Position numbers and translations under genes: made by a program. Below are positions 34,260 through 45,850 of a stretch of DNA of 64,000 bases, piece after piece (position 1 is the first letter of the stretch; every line of letters starts with the position of its first letter). Origin of the DNA: an uncultured virus (IMG/VR IMGVR_UViG_3300010885_047022) (Duplodnaviria; Heunggongvirae; Uroviricota; Caudoviricetes); the IMG/VR virus record IMGVR_UViG_3300010885_047022, positions 1-64,000 of that record; one strand, given 5' to 3'. The notes beneath the pieces were generated by a model. That model saw only the letters and a program-made list of their open reading frames with translations, did not search any database and was not told the origin of the DNA.

Positions 34260-35513
34260 TTACACATAATTAATAATTAAATCAGTTAACATTGGGGCAG
34301 TTTTATCATCTAACATATTCAATGTAACTTCAATCCATACTGAATTTGAAGCTCCCGGATTACTTAAGGTATAGGTGCCAGAATCATTATAAATAACTCT
34401 ATAGCTAAAAGCGCTATTTATGAGGCTTGAGGGAACATTATATATTTTAGCAGTGACGTTAGTCACATCTGTTATTACATCACCATCCGGGGCTGTAAAT
34501 TTAATTATTGTTCTACCACTAGATAGGAACTTTTCATATCTAATATCTAAATCAGATAATCCATAAGTATATATAAATTTTCCAAGTTCGGTAAAATAAT
34601 TTCTTTGAACAAACTTAATTCTTATTGCGGTCATATCAGTATCAGGAAATACAAATGCCACTGGTGGACAGTTTCGTATGGTGTCTGAGCCAGACGTAGA
34701 CCAACCTCCCGGTGGAACCTTTCCGATTGCTTCTGATACTCCATCATAATATGATTTTTTATTTAAAGAAGTCCAACCATCAGAATCAGCTAAAGCCGGA
34801 TTCTGCTTAGAGGTATATTCAATACTAAATAAATCAACACCAAATGCTGGGTATGGATTAAGTTTAATGGTATTAGTTTTCAATGATCCAGCAGCCTCTG
34901 CAGGTATTTTGACATAGAGCATCATTTGCGCTCCGGCCATAGATGATGACTCAACTATTACATTTCTTTTCCAAACTTTATCTGGGGCATCGAGAATAGC
35001 ATTGTAGATTGGGGTGGTATCAATGACTGCACCATTTCCATCTACCCCAGCAAAGGCTGTGTCTATTTTAGCCTTAAAGAAATCGGGTACTATTTGGCCC
35101 ACAGATGGACTAGTAAACTTTAACTTTGAAAATGAACCACTGGATATCTTTGGTAAAGTAATGGTATTGTATATTGGATCAAAACTCAAAAGTTCTGTAC
35201 CTGCCACAGCAAAAGAAGAACCAACTAGAGTTGAATAATCTATTTGGCTAAAGGAATGTAAGGAGATTGTGTTTGAGGCAGCTTCTAGTGCGCTTACTCT
35301 ATTGGTAAGATCTTCTACAGCTGACGATAAAAATTTATGATCTTTAATTACTCTCTCAAAAGCTTGAGATAATTTATTGTCAATAATATTAGATTTATTA
35401 TAAAGATAAACTAAATCTTTGTAATTTTCTTCTATTCTTTCGTTATAATCGGAACTTTGAACAGGACCATTATATTGATAATCTCTTTTTTTAGTATTAA
35501 GTATGTCAGCCAT
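34260..35513 (-). CDS. Virion structural protein (tail/baseplate region)
   Basis: N-terminal coiled coil then beta-rich region; position in the structural operon. Confidence 0.6.
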   Translation of the reverse strand: MADILNTKKRDYQYNGPVQSSDYNERIEENYKDLVYLYNKSNIIDNKLSQAFERVIKDHKFLSSAVEDLTNRVSALEAASNTISLHSFSQIDYSTLVGSSFAVAGTELLSFDPIYNTITLPKISSGSFSKLKFTSPSVGQIVPDFFKAKIDTAFAGVDGNGAVIDTTPIYNAILDAPDKVWKRNVIVESSSMAGAQMMLYVKIPAEAAGSLKTNTIKLNPYPAFGVDLFSIEYTSKQNPALADSDGWTSLNKKSYYDGVSEAIGKVPPGGWSTSGSDTIRNCPPVAFVFPDTDMTAIRIKFVQRNYFTELGKFIYTYGLSDLDIRYEKFLSSGRTIIKFTAPDGDVITDVTNVTAKIYNVPSSLINSAFSYRVIYNDSGTYTLSNPGASNSVWIEVTLNMLDDKTAPMLTDLIINYV

Positions 35514-35514
35514 A

Positions 35515-35910
35515 TTAATTGCCATTCTCTAATCTTTGTATTTTATTTAATAAACGAGAAAGTTTAGAACTAATTTTATTCATTATATCTATTTCTAAAT
35601 TTTCTTCCACTGAACCATCTTTATCTATAAAAATATTTACATTGTCTATTGAGTAACTCAATCCATCATTAAGATTGACAGTGTTAGTAACGTCAGTAAT
35701 ATTCCCAATTAAATAAGTTAATTTATTTAAAATACTTATATCGATTAATTCTAGTTCATTTAATATTCTGTTTAAATCTAACTGCAAAAAATTAGTCTCT
35801 AAATTTTCAGATTGACTTTCCCTGGTTCCCCTAAATCTTACTCTATTAACTTGAAATAAAGGTTCTCTAATTCTTTTGGTAATTTTTGAATTATTATAAA
35901 TTGTACTCAT
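35515..35910 (-). CDS. Hypothetical structural protein
   Basis: ORF track; operon context. Confidence 0.6.
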   Translation of the reverse strand: MSTIYNNSKITKRIREPLFQVNRVRFRGTRESQSENLETNFLQLDLNRILNELELIDISILNKLTYLIGNITDVTNTVNLNDGLSYSIDNVNIFIDKDGSVEENLEIDIMNKISSKLSRLLNKIQRLENGN

Positions 35911-35921
35911 TATTCCTCTTA

Positions 35922-38054
35922 TCAACTATCATTATGTTTGAATTTAATTCTAATAGAATCTATTAAAGGTGTTTGAAGTGGGTTTTCATACCTAACCAAA
36001 TCGGCGCGGTATCTTATGGCAGTAACAGTGTCAGACACATTGGAATAATACCGCAATAAAGATTTTCCAGAAATTTCTCTTGAAGATAGAATTTCTCTTC
36101 TGCCATAGAAGTTGTCTATTGTAAATAGATTGGCACTTATATCTATTCTTCTTCGGAATTCCATCGGGTCTAAATACGAGAAATAATCTAAGAACATGGT
36201 TCCATATTCAATGAGATTTTTATTAGACATTAAATCAAAATTAATAAGCCCAGAAAAATTCTTATCATAAGTTATGACTATATTATTAATCCCAGTAACA
36301 AAGTTCCATTCTATAGTAGAGGAAATTACACCCGCTGGAAGGTCTGCTATAAGGCTACCATTCAAGTATACCGCTAAGTTAAAATCTTCTCTACTCTTTA
36401 CGACTTTATGGGAAACTTTATATTCTTTAGTCGTCAATAATTTTGTTTCCATTAAACCAACAGTAGAGGAATAAATTGATGGATTTATATTACTAATTTG
36501 ATTTAGTATAATATTTTTATTTAATTCATTTACATCATTAAGGGAGATTTTTTCTGTCCAAATATTTAAAGATTTATAATACTCTATATCCGTATTTGAA
36601 CTTCCAGTCAATATATTGTAATGCCTATAACAATTTAAATTGCCTAGAATATATGGATCTATAAATTGATCATTATCGTTCACTACAGTAACACGATATG
36701 CTTCCTTATCGGTATATGGAATAATCGCGGGATTTGCTTCATTAATATTATCTGGAGAATTGTTAATTGGTATAAATCCTAATTCTTCATTTGAGACATC
36801 TATATATTTTAATTGAGCGTTAGATCCACTAAGATTAACAATTTTTTGTGCTGAATTTTCTAATGATGAACTTAGTTCAATGGGTATCCAATTGAAGTCT
36901 GCAATCTGTTCGGCATTTTCATTATCCGCTGCAACATAATACTTAATGTCTGTACCAGAAACTAATTGTTCTTTTGTTTCAATTGAAATTGAATTTATTG
37001 TTAATCTATTATTATCTGAAGTTGGGATTGAAATCGGAGCTGAAACTATTGTGGCTTCCTGATCATAATAGTCGGCATTGATTACTAGTTCCCTTATTCC
37101 AAATTTATATATATAAGGATTTGATGAATTATTTTGTATTTGATCTGGCTCAGTTTTAAAAATAGTTAATTTTATACTTCTATAGAAGTCAGCTGGAATA
37201 TTAAAAGAAAATCTATTGTAATCTTTTTTAGAATCTTGCGATCTAAGTTGTTCTGGCTTATTATTGTCTGTGCTGGATGCGGTCATATAAATTGAACATG
37301 GCGAAGATGTCAATAATGATCCACTGATTCTTGACAAATTATAAGACAAATTTATTGGTATATCCAAAGTTAGAACTACGACAGATGGTTGTGGCGCACT
37401 ATATGTATATGACCAATAAGTATCATTTAATCCATCAAAAACAGATTCAAAATTTTGTATATCAACATTATTGACAACAGATTGATTATTTGACAAAACA
37501 CTATATTTTGCATTTGAAGAGGTTATATTATTAGTAGTAAGGGCATTTGAAATGCTATTAGTTATTTTTGGTATACTAACATTATTATTTAGTATATCAA
37601 CATAGGCGGACGTTATATTCATGTCAATTTTATCTAAGTTAGAGAAACTTTCTAAATAAGAATAAAAGTATCCATCTGAATTTGAATTCGCAAATAATAG
37701 ATAATCTATTTTATTTTCTAATATTTTTCTTTTACTTTTTAGATTATCTAATTTATTATTTAAAGATGTAACAATAGAAAATACTTCTTGGTTGTTTTCT
37801 ACGATACAATCATATAGAACCTCTACATTAAGAAGAGTGTTAGCCATTAATTCATTTATCAAATTAACATCTGTTTTTGCAACAATATCTAATTTTGTAT
37901 AATCTAAAGGAATTGGTTGACCAAATTGATAAACAGAAAAATATTCTCCAAATAATTTTCTTATTTCTTTTTCCGAAGGTTTTCTTCCTTGGGAATAAAG
38001 TAATTTATATATATTACCTAGAAATTTTCTTTTTTGAATAGATGATATATTCAT
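35922..38054 (-). CDS. Virion structural protein (baseplate-associated)
   Basis: Coiled coil plus discoidin-like FDGLNDTYW; operon context. Confidence 0.6.
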   Translation of the reverse strand: MNISSIQKRKFLGNIYKLLYSQGRKPSEKEIRKLFGEYFSVYQFGQPIPLDYTKLDIVAKTDVNLINELMANTLLNVEVLYDCIVENNQEVFSIVTSLNNKLDNLKSKRKILENKIDYLLFANSNSDGYFYSYLESFSNLDKIDMNITSAYVDILNNNVSIPKITNSISNALTTNNITSSNAKYSVLSNNQSVVNNVDIQNFESVFDGLNDTYWSYTYSAPQPSVVVLTLDIPINLSYNLSRISGSLLTSSPCSIYMTASSTDNNKPEQLRSQDSKKDYNRFSFNIPADFYRSIKLTIFKTEPDQIQNNSSNPYIYKFGIRELVINADYYDQEATIVSAPISIPTSDNNRLTINSISIETKEQLVSGTDIKYYVAADNENAEQIADFNWIPIELSSSLENSAQKIVNLSGSNAQLKYIDVSNEELGFIPINNSPDNINEANPAIIPYTDKEAYRVTVVNDNDQFIDPYILGNLNCYRHYNILTGSSNTDIEYYKSLNIWTEKISLNDVNELNKNIILNQISNINPSIYSSTVGLMETKLLTTKEYKVSHKVVKSREDFNLAVYLNGSLIADLPAGVISSTIEWNFVTGINNIVITYDKNFSGLINFDLMSNKNLIEYGTMFLDYFSYLDPMEFRRRIDISANLFTIDNFYGRREILSSREISGKSLLRYYSNVSDTVTAIRYRADLVRYENPLQTPLIDSIRIKFKHNDS

Positions 38055-40489
38055 TACTTTTTTACCTTTGCTATTAGCTCATAAGAATAAATTAATGGAG
38101 TTATATTTGTATCTTTATTTTTTATAATTTCTATTTTAACATAAATTTTATTCACAATACTGGGAACTTCAGGACTATTTAAGTAAGCTACACCTGGAAG
38201 TTGATATGATTCAGATATATTTTTATTAAATGCAACCACTTCTGCTATACCTTGATTGTCTAATTGAACTGGAGAAATTTTTATCCAATTACTTCCATCC
38301 GCAGAAATATAATAGTTAATATTTATCTTATTCGAAAAAGTATTATCAATGCTAGTATCTGCTGACAACATTATGGTTTCCACGGGAGAGTCAAAAAGAT
38401 ATGGTGTAGAAACTATTTCTGCTTGATCAGCGTAAGTTTCATAGGTAACGTTTACGTCCCTTATTCCTATTGCTAGTCTTTTTGCTCTATACATTTCTGT
38501 TTGAGTTGAGATTGGAACTAATTTTTCCCAACTCCTAGAAGGACCAGTGTAAGTTATGTGTTCAAGATTTGGATTAGTGATAGTTATTTTAGTGTGATTT
38601 AAATCCCCCAAAATAAGGACATTAGTTCTTAGTATATTTGTAATAGTACCAGGTAGTGGTGCTGTTCCACCAGTGACTCTATACTTAACGCTATCTGCAC
38701 TAAGGATCTGAATTACCTCGACAGAATCAGGAGATCCTCCAAATAATTTACCAGTTCCGTTTGTTGCCGTAATGAGGGCATCTGCTTCAAGATCAGTTAC
38801 ATCTGTCATTCCCTGTATGGTAGCTATCCATGGGCCAGTTCCAGAGACAGAGGTTACTGTACCAGTAGTGCTTATTGGAATACTTAATCTATTAATGAAT
38901 GAAGTGACACCTTGATAGTCTTGACTAGCGTCATTTTCTGATTGAAAATATTTAGCTGGTCTGGTATCTGCATCGTTGGGTGACGGTTCAAAATTTGGTT
39001 CACCTGTCCATTCCATCCCATCGTCAGGATGATCTAGATCAGTTATCCAATTTAAGAAATATTTTTTTTCACCATCAACATTAAAAGTTACGATATAAGC
39101 AGAATAGGTGACTGCTTTTTTCTTTAATTTCACTTTGACTGATTTAGTAATCTTTGTATTTGATTTAAATTCATTAGGCTTACTTAAGAGAGGGATTATA
39201 TTATTTCTATTATATTGAATTTCCTCATAAATTTCTCTACTTAAAATATCTGGATTAAATCTAGATAATCCATAAAATGGACTATCTTTGTCTTCATTTT
39301 CAGAATAGTCAGGTTTCCAGTATACATGCTTTATGTCTATATCCTGTATCGAAGTTTGCTCAAAAGTTACTTCAATCTTAAGTATTTTTCTTTCAGAAAA
39401 TTTAATTGTAGCTTTATTGTAAAAATAGTTTTGTGCCATCTCAACAGTTAAGGGAGCAAAAGAAGATCCTATAAAGATTGACTTTTCTAAAATATTCTCT
39501 GAAGTTCCATCTTCTTTAAATAGTTTAATTTCATTAACTTTAACAAAGTTAGATGAACCAAAGTATGGAACAATGTCTATGGAATTAGCTTTAGTTGCAG
39601 TATTGGATTCCATTGATAGAGTTAATGTCAATGGTTTGGTGATATCGTAGGCAGACCAATTAGTCAATGTGCCCCTACCTTGATTGATGTCTACTGTTGA
39701 ACCGGTAAGATAAGAGAATTCATTATCAGATACTCCGTTTTTATTTACGGGACCATTATTTCGATCAACATTCAATGCCTCGTATTCAAAGTACGTTAAA
39801 GGATTCGAATCCATTACAGCACTTATGGAGCCGATTGTTGGATTGGACTCAAATATATATCTATATGCAGACGTCCCATCTGCATTATCTGCCCTAATGA
39901 CTTGATGATTATTGCCCATGAATCCATTAGAAGTGGTCATACTGATTCGCGTTGGCTGCCATGAACGAGATTTAGCTATTGGAAGAGAAAAGATACCATT
40001 ATATATATGTGGATTAGAATTAATCTTAACTTTATTAAAATCTACTTGGTCGGCATTATCAAATGAATCGCCTAAATAAACTACATCGTTCGATGGACTC
40101 TTTGTATACATCTGCAAAATTTTTGCTTTTGAAGCTATTCTTTCCGCATACTTTTTTTCATTTTCTATTTCACTAGAAAATAAATTAAATGTATTAATTG
40201 TTTTAGCAACTAAATAGTCTACATGCTTTGAGATAACATTCATGTCCTTTGCTAAATCCTGAGAAAATTTATTCAATTTAGAGGATACAGGTGGTTCACC
40301 TTTTATGTAGGGATCAAACTTACTCATTGGACCAGAAATATTTTCATATATTTCTGACAAAAGTTGATTATATTTTTCCATTCTTTCTTGATTTGTTTTA
40401 AAAGAATTTGTTTTTTCTAAAATCATAAAATCTCTAATCTTCAAAAAGATTTGATCATATGCCATTAGGTTAGAGGAGACTTGTGCCAT
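38054..40489 (-). CDS. Virion structural protein (baseplate-associated)
   Basis: Architecture similar to neighbours; operon context. Confidence 0.6.
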   Translation of the reverse strand: MAQVSSNLMAYDQIFLKIRDFMILEKTNSFKTNQERMEKYNQLLSEIYENISGPMSKFDPYIKGEPPVSSKLNKFSQDLAKDMNVISKHVDYLVAKTINTFNLFSSEIENEKKYAERIASKAKILQMYTKSPSNDVVYLGDSFDNADQVDFNKVKINSNPHIYNGIFSLPIAKSRSWQPTRISMTTSNGFMGNNHQVIRADNADGTSAYRYIFESNPTIGSISAVMDSNPLTYFEYEALNVDRNNGPVNKNGVSDNEFSYLTGSTVDINQGRGTLTNWSAYDITKPLTLTLSMESNTATKANSIDIVPYFGSSNFVKVNEIKLFKEDGTSENILEKSIFIGSSFAPLTVEMAQNYFYNKATIKFSERKILKIEVTFEQTSIQDIDIKHVYWKPDYSENEDKDSPFYGLSRFNPDILSREIYEEIQYNRNNIIPLLSKPNEFKSNTKITKSVKVKLKKKAVTYSAYIVTFNVDGEKKYFLNWITDLDHPDDGMEWTGEPNFEPSPNDADTRPAKYFQSENDASQDYQGVTSFINRLSIPISTTGTVTSVSGTGPWIATIQGMTDVTDLEADALITATNGTGKLFGGSPDSVEVIQILSADSVKYRVTGGTAPLPGTITNILRTNVLILGDLNHTKITITNPNLEHITYTGPSRSWEKLVPISTQTEMYRAKRLAIGIRDVNVTYETYADQAEIVSTPYLFDSPVETIMLSADTSIDNTFSNKININYYISADGSNWIKISPVQLDNQGIAEVVAFNKNISESYQLPGVAYLNSPEVPSIVNKIYVKIEIIKNKDTNITPLIYSYELIAKVKK

Positions 40490-40500
40490 AATATTTCCTA

Positions 40501-43131
40501 TCAACTATTCTTAGCTATTGATGTTAATTTGTCATAATTCGAATCAAAAGTTGCTGTTTTGATTTTTAACAGCACTGAGTCAGCTTTAGCGGGGATATCC
40601 AAGTGAGGGACATTCTTTCTCATTATTAATCTGAATCGTAAATTATAAGGAACATATTCATAAAAAACTTTAAAGGCGGAATTGATAACCTTATTGAAGG
40701 TAATATTTTTTCCATTTTGAATGAATAAAGTTAAGTTGGTATCATAAAATGTTGCACTATATTGAGTATTCGTATAGTTTGTCATATTAACTGCATACGT
40801 TCCATCTGACAATAAAATTTTAACAGGACTATATCCAGTTCCTGCTCCCCTAAATGTAGTTCCTATAGTGGAGCCATACGTACAATTGTTTAGATATGTT
40901 TCATTTATATATGGAATATATTCTAAATTAATAGACCTATTTGAATCAGTTTTAGTAAACTGCTGTCCTGGACCAGAATTATTTCCGTAGTTTTTTGTTA
41001 TATCTTCATATAGATTATATTTAATAAAATCTATTTCGTATGGATTATATGTTATGGTATCTAACGTATAAGAGACACAAAAAATACTTGAGGGTACAAA
41101 AATAGATCTATCTATTATAGATATTTTATTTGAAGTTGAATTGAATGAGTATTCAGATGGATTGCATCTTAAGCCATCTTTATAAAGAGTAACCGATCCA
41201 TTTAAGGCTCTAAATCTTAATTGTGCAGAAAAATCTGTTGTATCAAAAAATGCGATCTCAGAGTCAATTGCTGCGTCTGAGTTTAAGGCCATAGGAACCC
41301 AGTCTGATTCCATGTTTGGAGTTTCTTTGTTCGATATTGAAAGTTCATAAGATAATAAAGTATTTAAATTTAGATTGGGCATTGCGGTACTGGTAGAACC
41401 TTTGAGTACCTCGGCGCGTCCCTTAACAGCTAATACTTGTCCATTCATAGGAATTTTTCTACTCACGAAACATGATTTGTTTAAGCTTGATGAAGTGGAT
41501 TCTAAAAATTCTATTGACTTTAAAGAAAAAATATATTCATAAGAATCTTCAGATTCCTTAGTTAAAAGATCCACTATAGCGTCTTGCGATGTGCCAAATG
41601 ATCGGGACTGTTCATAGAATTGATATTTCTGATCTGACAAATTGTTGCTACTACCCTGTAACATAGATCCCGGATAGGCTAGTGTTTGTTGTGGATTTTT
41701 AGTCATGGATGATTCTATGAAATAATTAGAATAAATATTAGAATAATTTGTATCTAAATTGGATATTATATTATAAAAAAGATTTTTAAATATTGGAGAA
41801 CCAAATAATTTATTTCTATCTTCTAAATCAATATTACTTGCTTTAAACATTTCATTAGAAATCATCTTAGAATAATCATTAAGATCTACAGGAAACCTAT
41901 AACTATAATATTCATTGTCCATATTAAAATTTTTAGATAAACCATTAACGGTATTATTTCTCTTAAAATGCCAATAGACTAAGTCTTGCATTAAACTAAA
42001 TTTTTTACTTCTCTCATTTAATCTTTCGTTAATAAATGATTGAATCATTTTTGAGTTTAATTCAGAAGTTATTGGTGTTGTTTTAGTTCTAATATAAGAT
42101 GATTGATTAAATATAAATATAAATTTATTAATTATTTTTTTCTCAAAAGATATTTCTAATCTTGAATCAAGCATACTTGGAGCTGATAATAATAGATTAT
42201 ATGACTCTGCGGTATTTGAATTTGAAGATGGCGTATTAGGAGGATTAAACGCAACAATCTGTAGGAGTTGTAACCCATTTCCCAAATTTGGATTTATCCT
42301 TATTGTGTCAATGTTAATAGGAGAAGTAAATTCTACTTCAACAGCTGTTTGTGCTCCGTTTATATTGCTATAATTATAATTTAAATATTTTAAATAATTA
42401 ATTATATTTGAAGTTAAAACTATTGGACTTTTAATAGTTAGATTCCAAGAATCTTTTAGATTATCATTAAATAAATTATTAAAATCACTATCAGTAGTTA
42501 TATAATTGCCATAATTTGAAACTGTCTTAATTGATTTAATATTATTAATTACATTTTTATTAGTATAATAATTCCCCATTTTAAGCATTCCGCTAACAGT
42601 ATCTACGAAATAATTCCCACCGTCAACAAATGCAGTATTATCTCTGTCCGGAATAGCGAAATTAGAACCATCGTAAGAGTAATCATATAAATTATTATCA
42701 AATTTTTCAATATAATTGCTATTATATAAATCGTCCTTGCCAGAAATATATTCGTAATTATTAATAAATATTTCTAAATCATTTATATCTTTTTCAATTT
42801 TTTCTATCTCAGAAGAAAGAACATCAACTATTGAATCTAGGGCTAGGCCAGCTGAATTGGCACCTGAATATAGATTACTTAATCGTAATGAAGAATCTCT
42901 AAATAATTCTACTAGAACTTCTTTATTTAGAGGGGTCAAGGTTCCAATAACTGAAGCTGCAAAATTATTCCCAACAGAGAAAGCTGACAATCTACTTATT
43001 AGAGAACCAATTTCAATTTTGTCGATTTTCATGTTTTTAATTAAAGAAGTTACAGTAGTTTTGCTCAAACTAGAAAATGAATTAATTGTATCAGGTAGTT
43101 CTCTTAGCATCTCAGTTCCAACTGTTTCCAT
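40501..43131 (-). CDS. Virion structural protein (baseplate-associated)
   Basis: 876-aa Asn/Ser-rich ORF; operon context. Confidence 0.6.
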   Translation of the reverse strand: METVGTEMLRELPDTINSFSSLSKTTVTSLIKNMKIDKIEIGSLISRLSAFSVGNNFAASVIGTLTPLNKEVLVELFRDSSLRLSNLYSGANSAGLALDSIVDVLSSEIEKIEKDINDLEIFINNYEYISGKDDLYNSNYIEKFDNNLYDYSYDGSNFAIPDRDNTAFVDGGNYFVDTVSGMLKMGNYYTNKNVINNIKSIKTVSNYGNYITTDSDFNNLFNDNLKDSWNLTIKSPIVLTSNIINYLKYLNYNYSNINGAQTAVEVEFTSPINIDTIRINPNLGNGLQLLQIVAFNPPNTPSSNSNTAESYNLLLSAPSMLDSRLEISFEKKIINKFIFIFNQSSYIRTKTTPITSELNSKMIQSFINERLNERSKKFSLMQDLVYWHFKRNNTVNGLSKNFNMDNEYYSYRFPVDLNDYSKMISNEMFKASNIDLEDRNKLFGSPIFKNLFYNIISNLDTNYSNIYSNYFIESSMTKNPQQTLAYPGSMLQGSSNNLSDQKYQFYEQSRSFGTSQDAIVDLLTKESEDSYEYIFSLKSIEFLESTSSSLNKSCFVSRKIPMNGQVLAVKGRAEVLKGSTSTAMPNLNLNTLLSYELSISNKETPNMESDWVPMALNSDAAIDSEIAFFDTTDFSAQLRFRALNGSVTLYKDGLRCNPSEYSFNSTSNKISIIDRSIFVPSSIFCVSYTLDTITYNPYEIDFIKYNLYEDITKNYGNNSGPGQQFTKTDSNRSINLEYIPYINETYLNNCTYGSTIGTTFRGAGTGYSPVKILLSDGTYAVNMTNYTNTQYSATFYDTNLTLFIQNGKNITFNKVINSAFKVFYEYVPYNLRFRLIMRKNVPHLDIPAKADSVLLKIKTATFDSNYDKLTSIAKNS

Positions 43132-45832
43132 CCATGTCTTGAAGTTCGTAAGCTATACCAGCTGTCAAGCTATTGGATATAATATTATAAATTTCTTTTT
43201 GATCTACAAAATAATCTTTTACTTCTTCTGGTATTCTAATTATAACATATCCACCTTTATTATAGGCTTTGCCATTTGGGGAATAAACATCCCAGAATGA
43301 TAGTACCTCGGGGATTGCTTCTATTAACTCATGGTTTGATTTATCTATAGCTATTCCACCGCCCCTTAGTCTTAGGTCTATGGTTTCCGGGGGAATATTA
43401 TATGGGTTATTGGAAACGTAAATAGTGGCTATGGGCAGGGCAAATGGGTCATATTTGGCAGATCTGCTGTCGAAAATAGAATCATCATAAGTGAATCGGA
43501 TAGGAGTATCATACAAATAATCATTAATTTTAATTAAATTATTTGTGTTATTTTCAATATTTTGTTTTTTATAGATATTCTTTGGTATTATATAAATATA
43601 TAGTGGTTGGCCATAGTATATATTGCCTGAATTTAACACAGGATTTAATGGAATTGGTTCTCCATTTATATGATTTAATAAAATATCCTTATTCACTGTT
43701 GTATAATTAACTTTGACTAATTCTGAATTTTGAGGTATAATATTTTTATTGAATTCTATTAAACCATTATAGCAATCAATATCTTTAATGCTAGAATACG
43801 TAACTTCTACCCATTCTGAGGAAATGGATTCTCTAGTATAAATTTTAATCTGAGGCTTAATGATTCCAGCTATTGAATTTTTATTATTCGTAGGATAATT
43901 CCAAGCCAGAATTGGAGTACAATTTACTTTAATTTTATTAGCACTTAGTACTAGTGGAGTTTCATTAATAATATCTTGATATCCAAATCCAAACAATTCC
44001 GAAGACGCTGTCTTAAATTCGTTAATTGTCGTATATTGTGCTGTTAGTTCTTGACCGATATAACTAGTTTTCCAATCACTCCATTTATTCTCGGAGGAAA
44101 TAAAAATCTTCTTCCAGAAACTTCCAGTAGTTAGTGGCAGTGGCCATGCGTTGAACTTGGATAAATTATCATTCATTTTTCCAACTTTAATAGCGGAATT
44201 AGAATTAGTTTTAACAGAATATACCGGAACTATTGTTTTCAGTGGAACATTGGTTGGCTTAAACGTTGTGTTTAATGTTGGGCCAATATATTCATTTTTA
44301 TTTTGAGTATTACCGTCTGCGTCTATTGCACAAACGCCAATAAATATATTGCTGATACCTCTAGACATAATGTCTATATAAGTCATTTGATTTCCTAAAA
44401 ATTCTTTTTCCAAAATATCATAAAAACCATAAATAAATCCGTCTTGATTTTGAGTTTGGTTTTTTACTATAAATGAACCATATCTTAAATCTATTTCTTC
44501 ACTATTTATTGAAGATATTCCTGTTAATTGCGTATTAATTTCAGCAGAGGTTGGCAGTCCATACGGACCCCCATTTTGATCGCATAACAATAAAATCCCG
44601 TCATTAACATCTACTGAGTTTCTTGAATCAGAAAAAATACGACCGTCAATTGTCCTAAGTTTATATCCAGTTGCTAAAGATTTGGTAATATTAAATATTT
44701 GACTTCCGCTATAATAAATTGCTGAAGTAGTTAAGCTGTACTGATTGTTTAATTTTGTTAAAGTTACGGGGTTTCCTGTGACTGCATTTCCATCAGAGGT
44801 AACTTGAGTAATAGCCGCACTATTTAGTGTTATCGACGTTGGCGCGCTTGCAAAATTTATCATAAGATTATCAAAAGTATAAGTTGTATTATCATTTAAC
44901 TTATATTGATTATTTGTAAAATTAATAGTTTTAGTTCCCTGAAAAATTTGAGGATCAGAATAGGTGATTGAAGTAACATAAGAAGTATTCCTAGTCAGAT
45001 TAGAAGTAGTATATGTCTTACTCACATCCAGCGCAGATGTTATTCCAGTGTGAGTCTCCTCAGATTCTATTGTTGCAGTTACGATAGTTTCTCGAACAGG
45101 CGTAACTACTTCATTGATTGGATCTTCGCCAGGAGATTCGACCTTGATACTGGTTCCGTAAGCTTCAATTGCTTTAATGCCAAAACCTTCGCCACTGCCG
45201 TAGTACGCGACTGATCTTCCAACAATTGATATCCACATATATTTGCAGTCTGCTGCGGGCATTCCGCCCATCTGAATTTCAATATTGTTCTTTAATGCGT
45301 TTGCATTTATAAAATGCAGATTTGTTGCGACTATATCAGTGCTGTAAGAAGAGGACCATCCATATGCGTCAATATTAAAATTTCTCCAAAGCGGATTATC
45401 ATCGGCTTCAATAAAAATTGAATTAACAGTCTTTAATTTTAAAGTATTTATTTCAAAGAATATAATATCTCTAGCTTCACTTGGTCCACCAAATCCTGTA
45501 AAAGTAATTTTTCTATATGTCCCATCACCAATGCCAGAAGCAACAACAGCAGCCCTAGCTGCCCTCATATATTTAATAACTTCTGGAACACCTTTTGCTT
45601 CTGCCCAAAGAATCCAATTATCAAAATTTTCGTTATTTTTCCAGAATAAAGCTAAACTCCATTTAGTTTCACTGTCAACTTTTCCATCAATATATCTTTC
45701 TTTATTGCCTTCTTGAAATGTATGTACGGCGTCCATTGTCTTAGATCCATAAAGACCATCTATTGATGCAGTATAGGAACCATAAGCAGATAAAGTATAT
45801 TGTATGTATTTCACATATTCATGAGCAGCCAT
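43112..45832 (-). CDS. Structural protein with N-terminal peptidoglycan-binding domain
   Basis: VKYIQYTL...IDGLYGSKT-AV-FQ...IDGKVDSET. Confidence 0.7.
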   Translation of the reverse strand: MAAHEYVKYIQYTLSAYGSYTASIDGLYGSKTMDAVHTFQEGNKERYIDGKVDSETKWSLALFWKNNENFDNWILWAEAKGVPEVIKYMRAARAAVVASGIGDGTYRKITFTGFGGPSEARDIIFFEINTLKLKTVNSIFIEADDNPLWRNFNIDAYGWSSSYSTDIVATNLHFINANALKNNIEIQMGGMPAADCKYMWISIVGRSVAYYGSGEGFGIKAIEAYGTSIKVESPGEDPINEVVTPVRETIVTATIESEETHTGITSALDVSKTYTTSNLTRNTSYVTSITYSDPQIFQGTKTINFTNNQYKLNDNTTYTFDNLMINFASAPTSITLNSAAITQVTSDGNAVTGNPVTLTKLNNQYSLTTSAIYYSGSQIFNITKSLATGYKLRTIDGRIFSDSRNSVDVNDGILLLCDQNGGPYGLPTSAEINTQLTGISSINSEEIDLRYGSFIVKNQTQNQDGFIYGFYDILEKEFLGNQMTYIDIMSRGISNIFIGVCAIDADGNTQNKNEYIGPTLNTTFKPTNVPLKTIVPVYSVKTNSNSAIKVGKMNDNLSKFNAWPLPLTTGSFWKKIFISSENKWSDWKTSYIGQELTAQYTTINEFKTASSELFGFGYQDIINETPLVLSANKIKVNCTPILAWNYPTNNKNSIAGIIKPQIKIYTRESISSEWVEVTYSSIKDIDCYNGLIEFNKNIIPQNSELVKVNYTTVNKDILLNHINGEPIPLNPVLNSGNIYYGQPLYIYIIPKNIYKKQNIENNTNNLIKINDYLYDTPIRFTYDDSIFDSRSAKYDPFALPIATIYVSNNPYNIPPETIDLRLRGGGIAIDKSNHELIEAIPEVLSFWDVYSPNGKAYNKGGYVIIRIPEEVKDYFVDQKEIYNIISNSLTAGIAYELQDMDGNSWN

Positions 45833-45850
45833 TACTTATTCCAATCTAAA

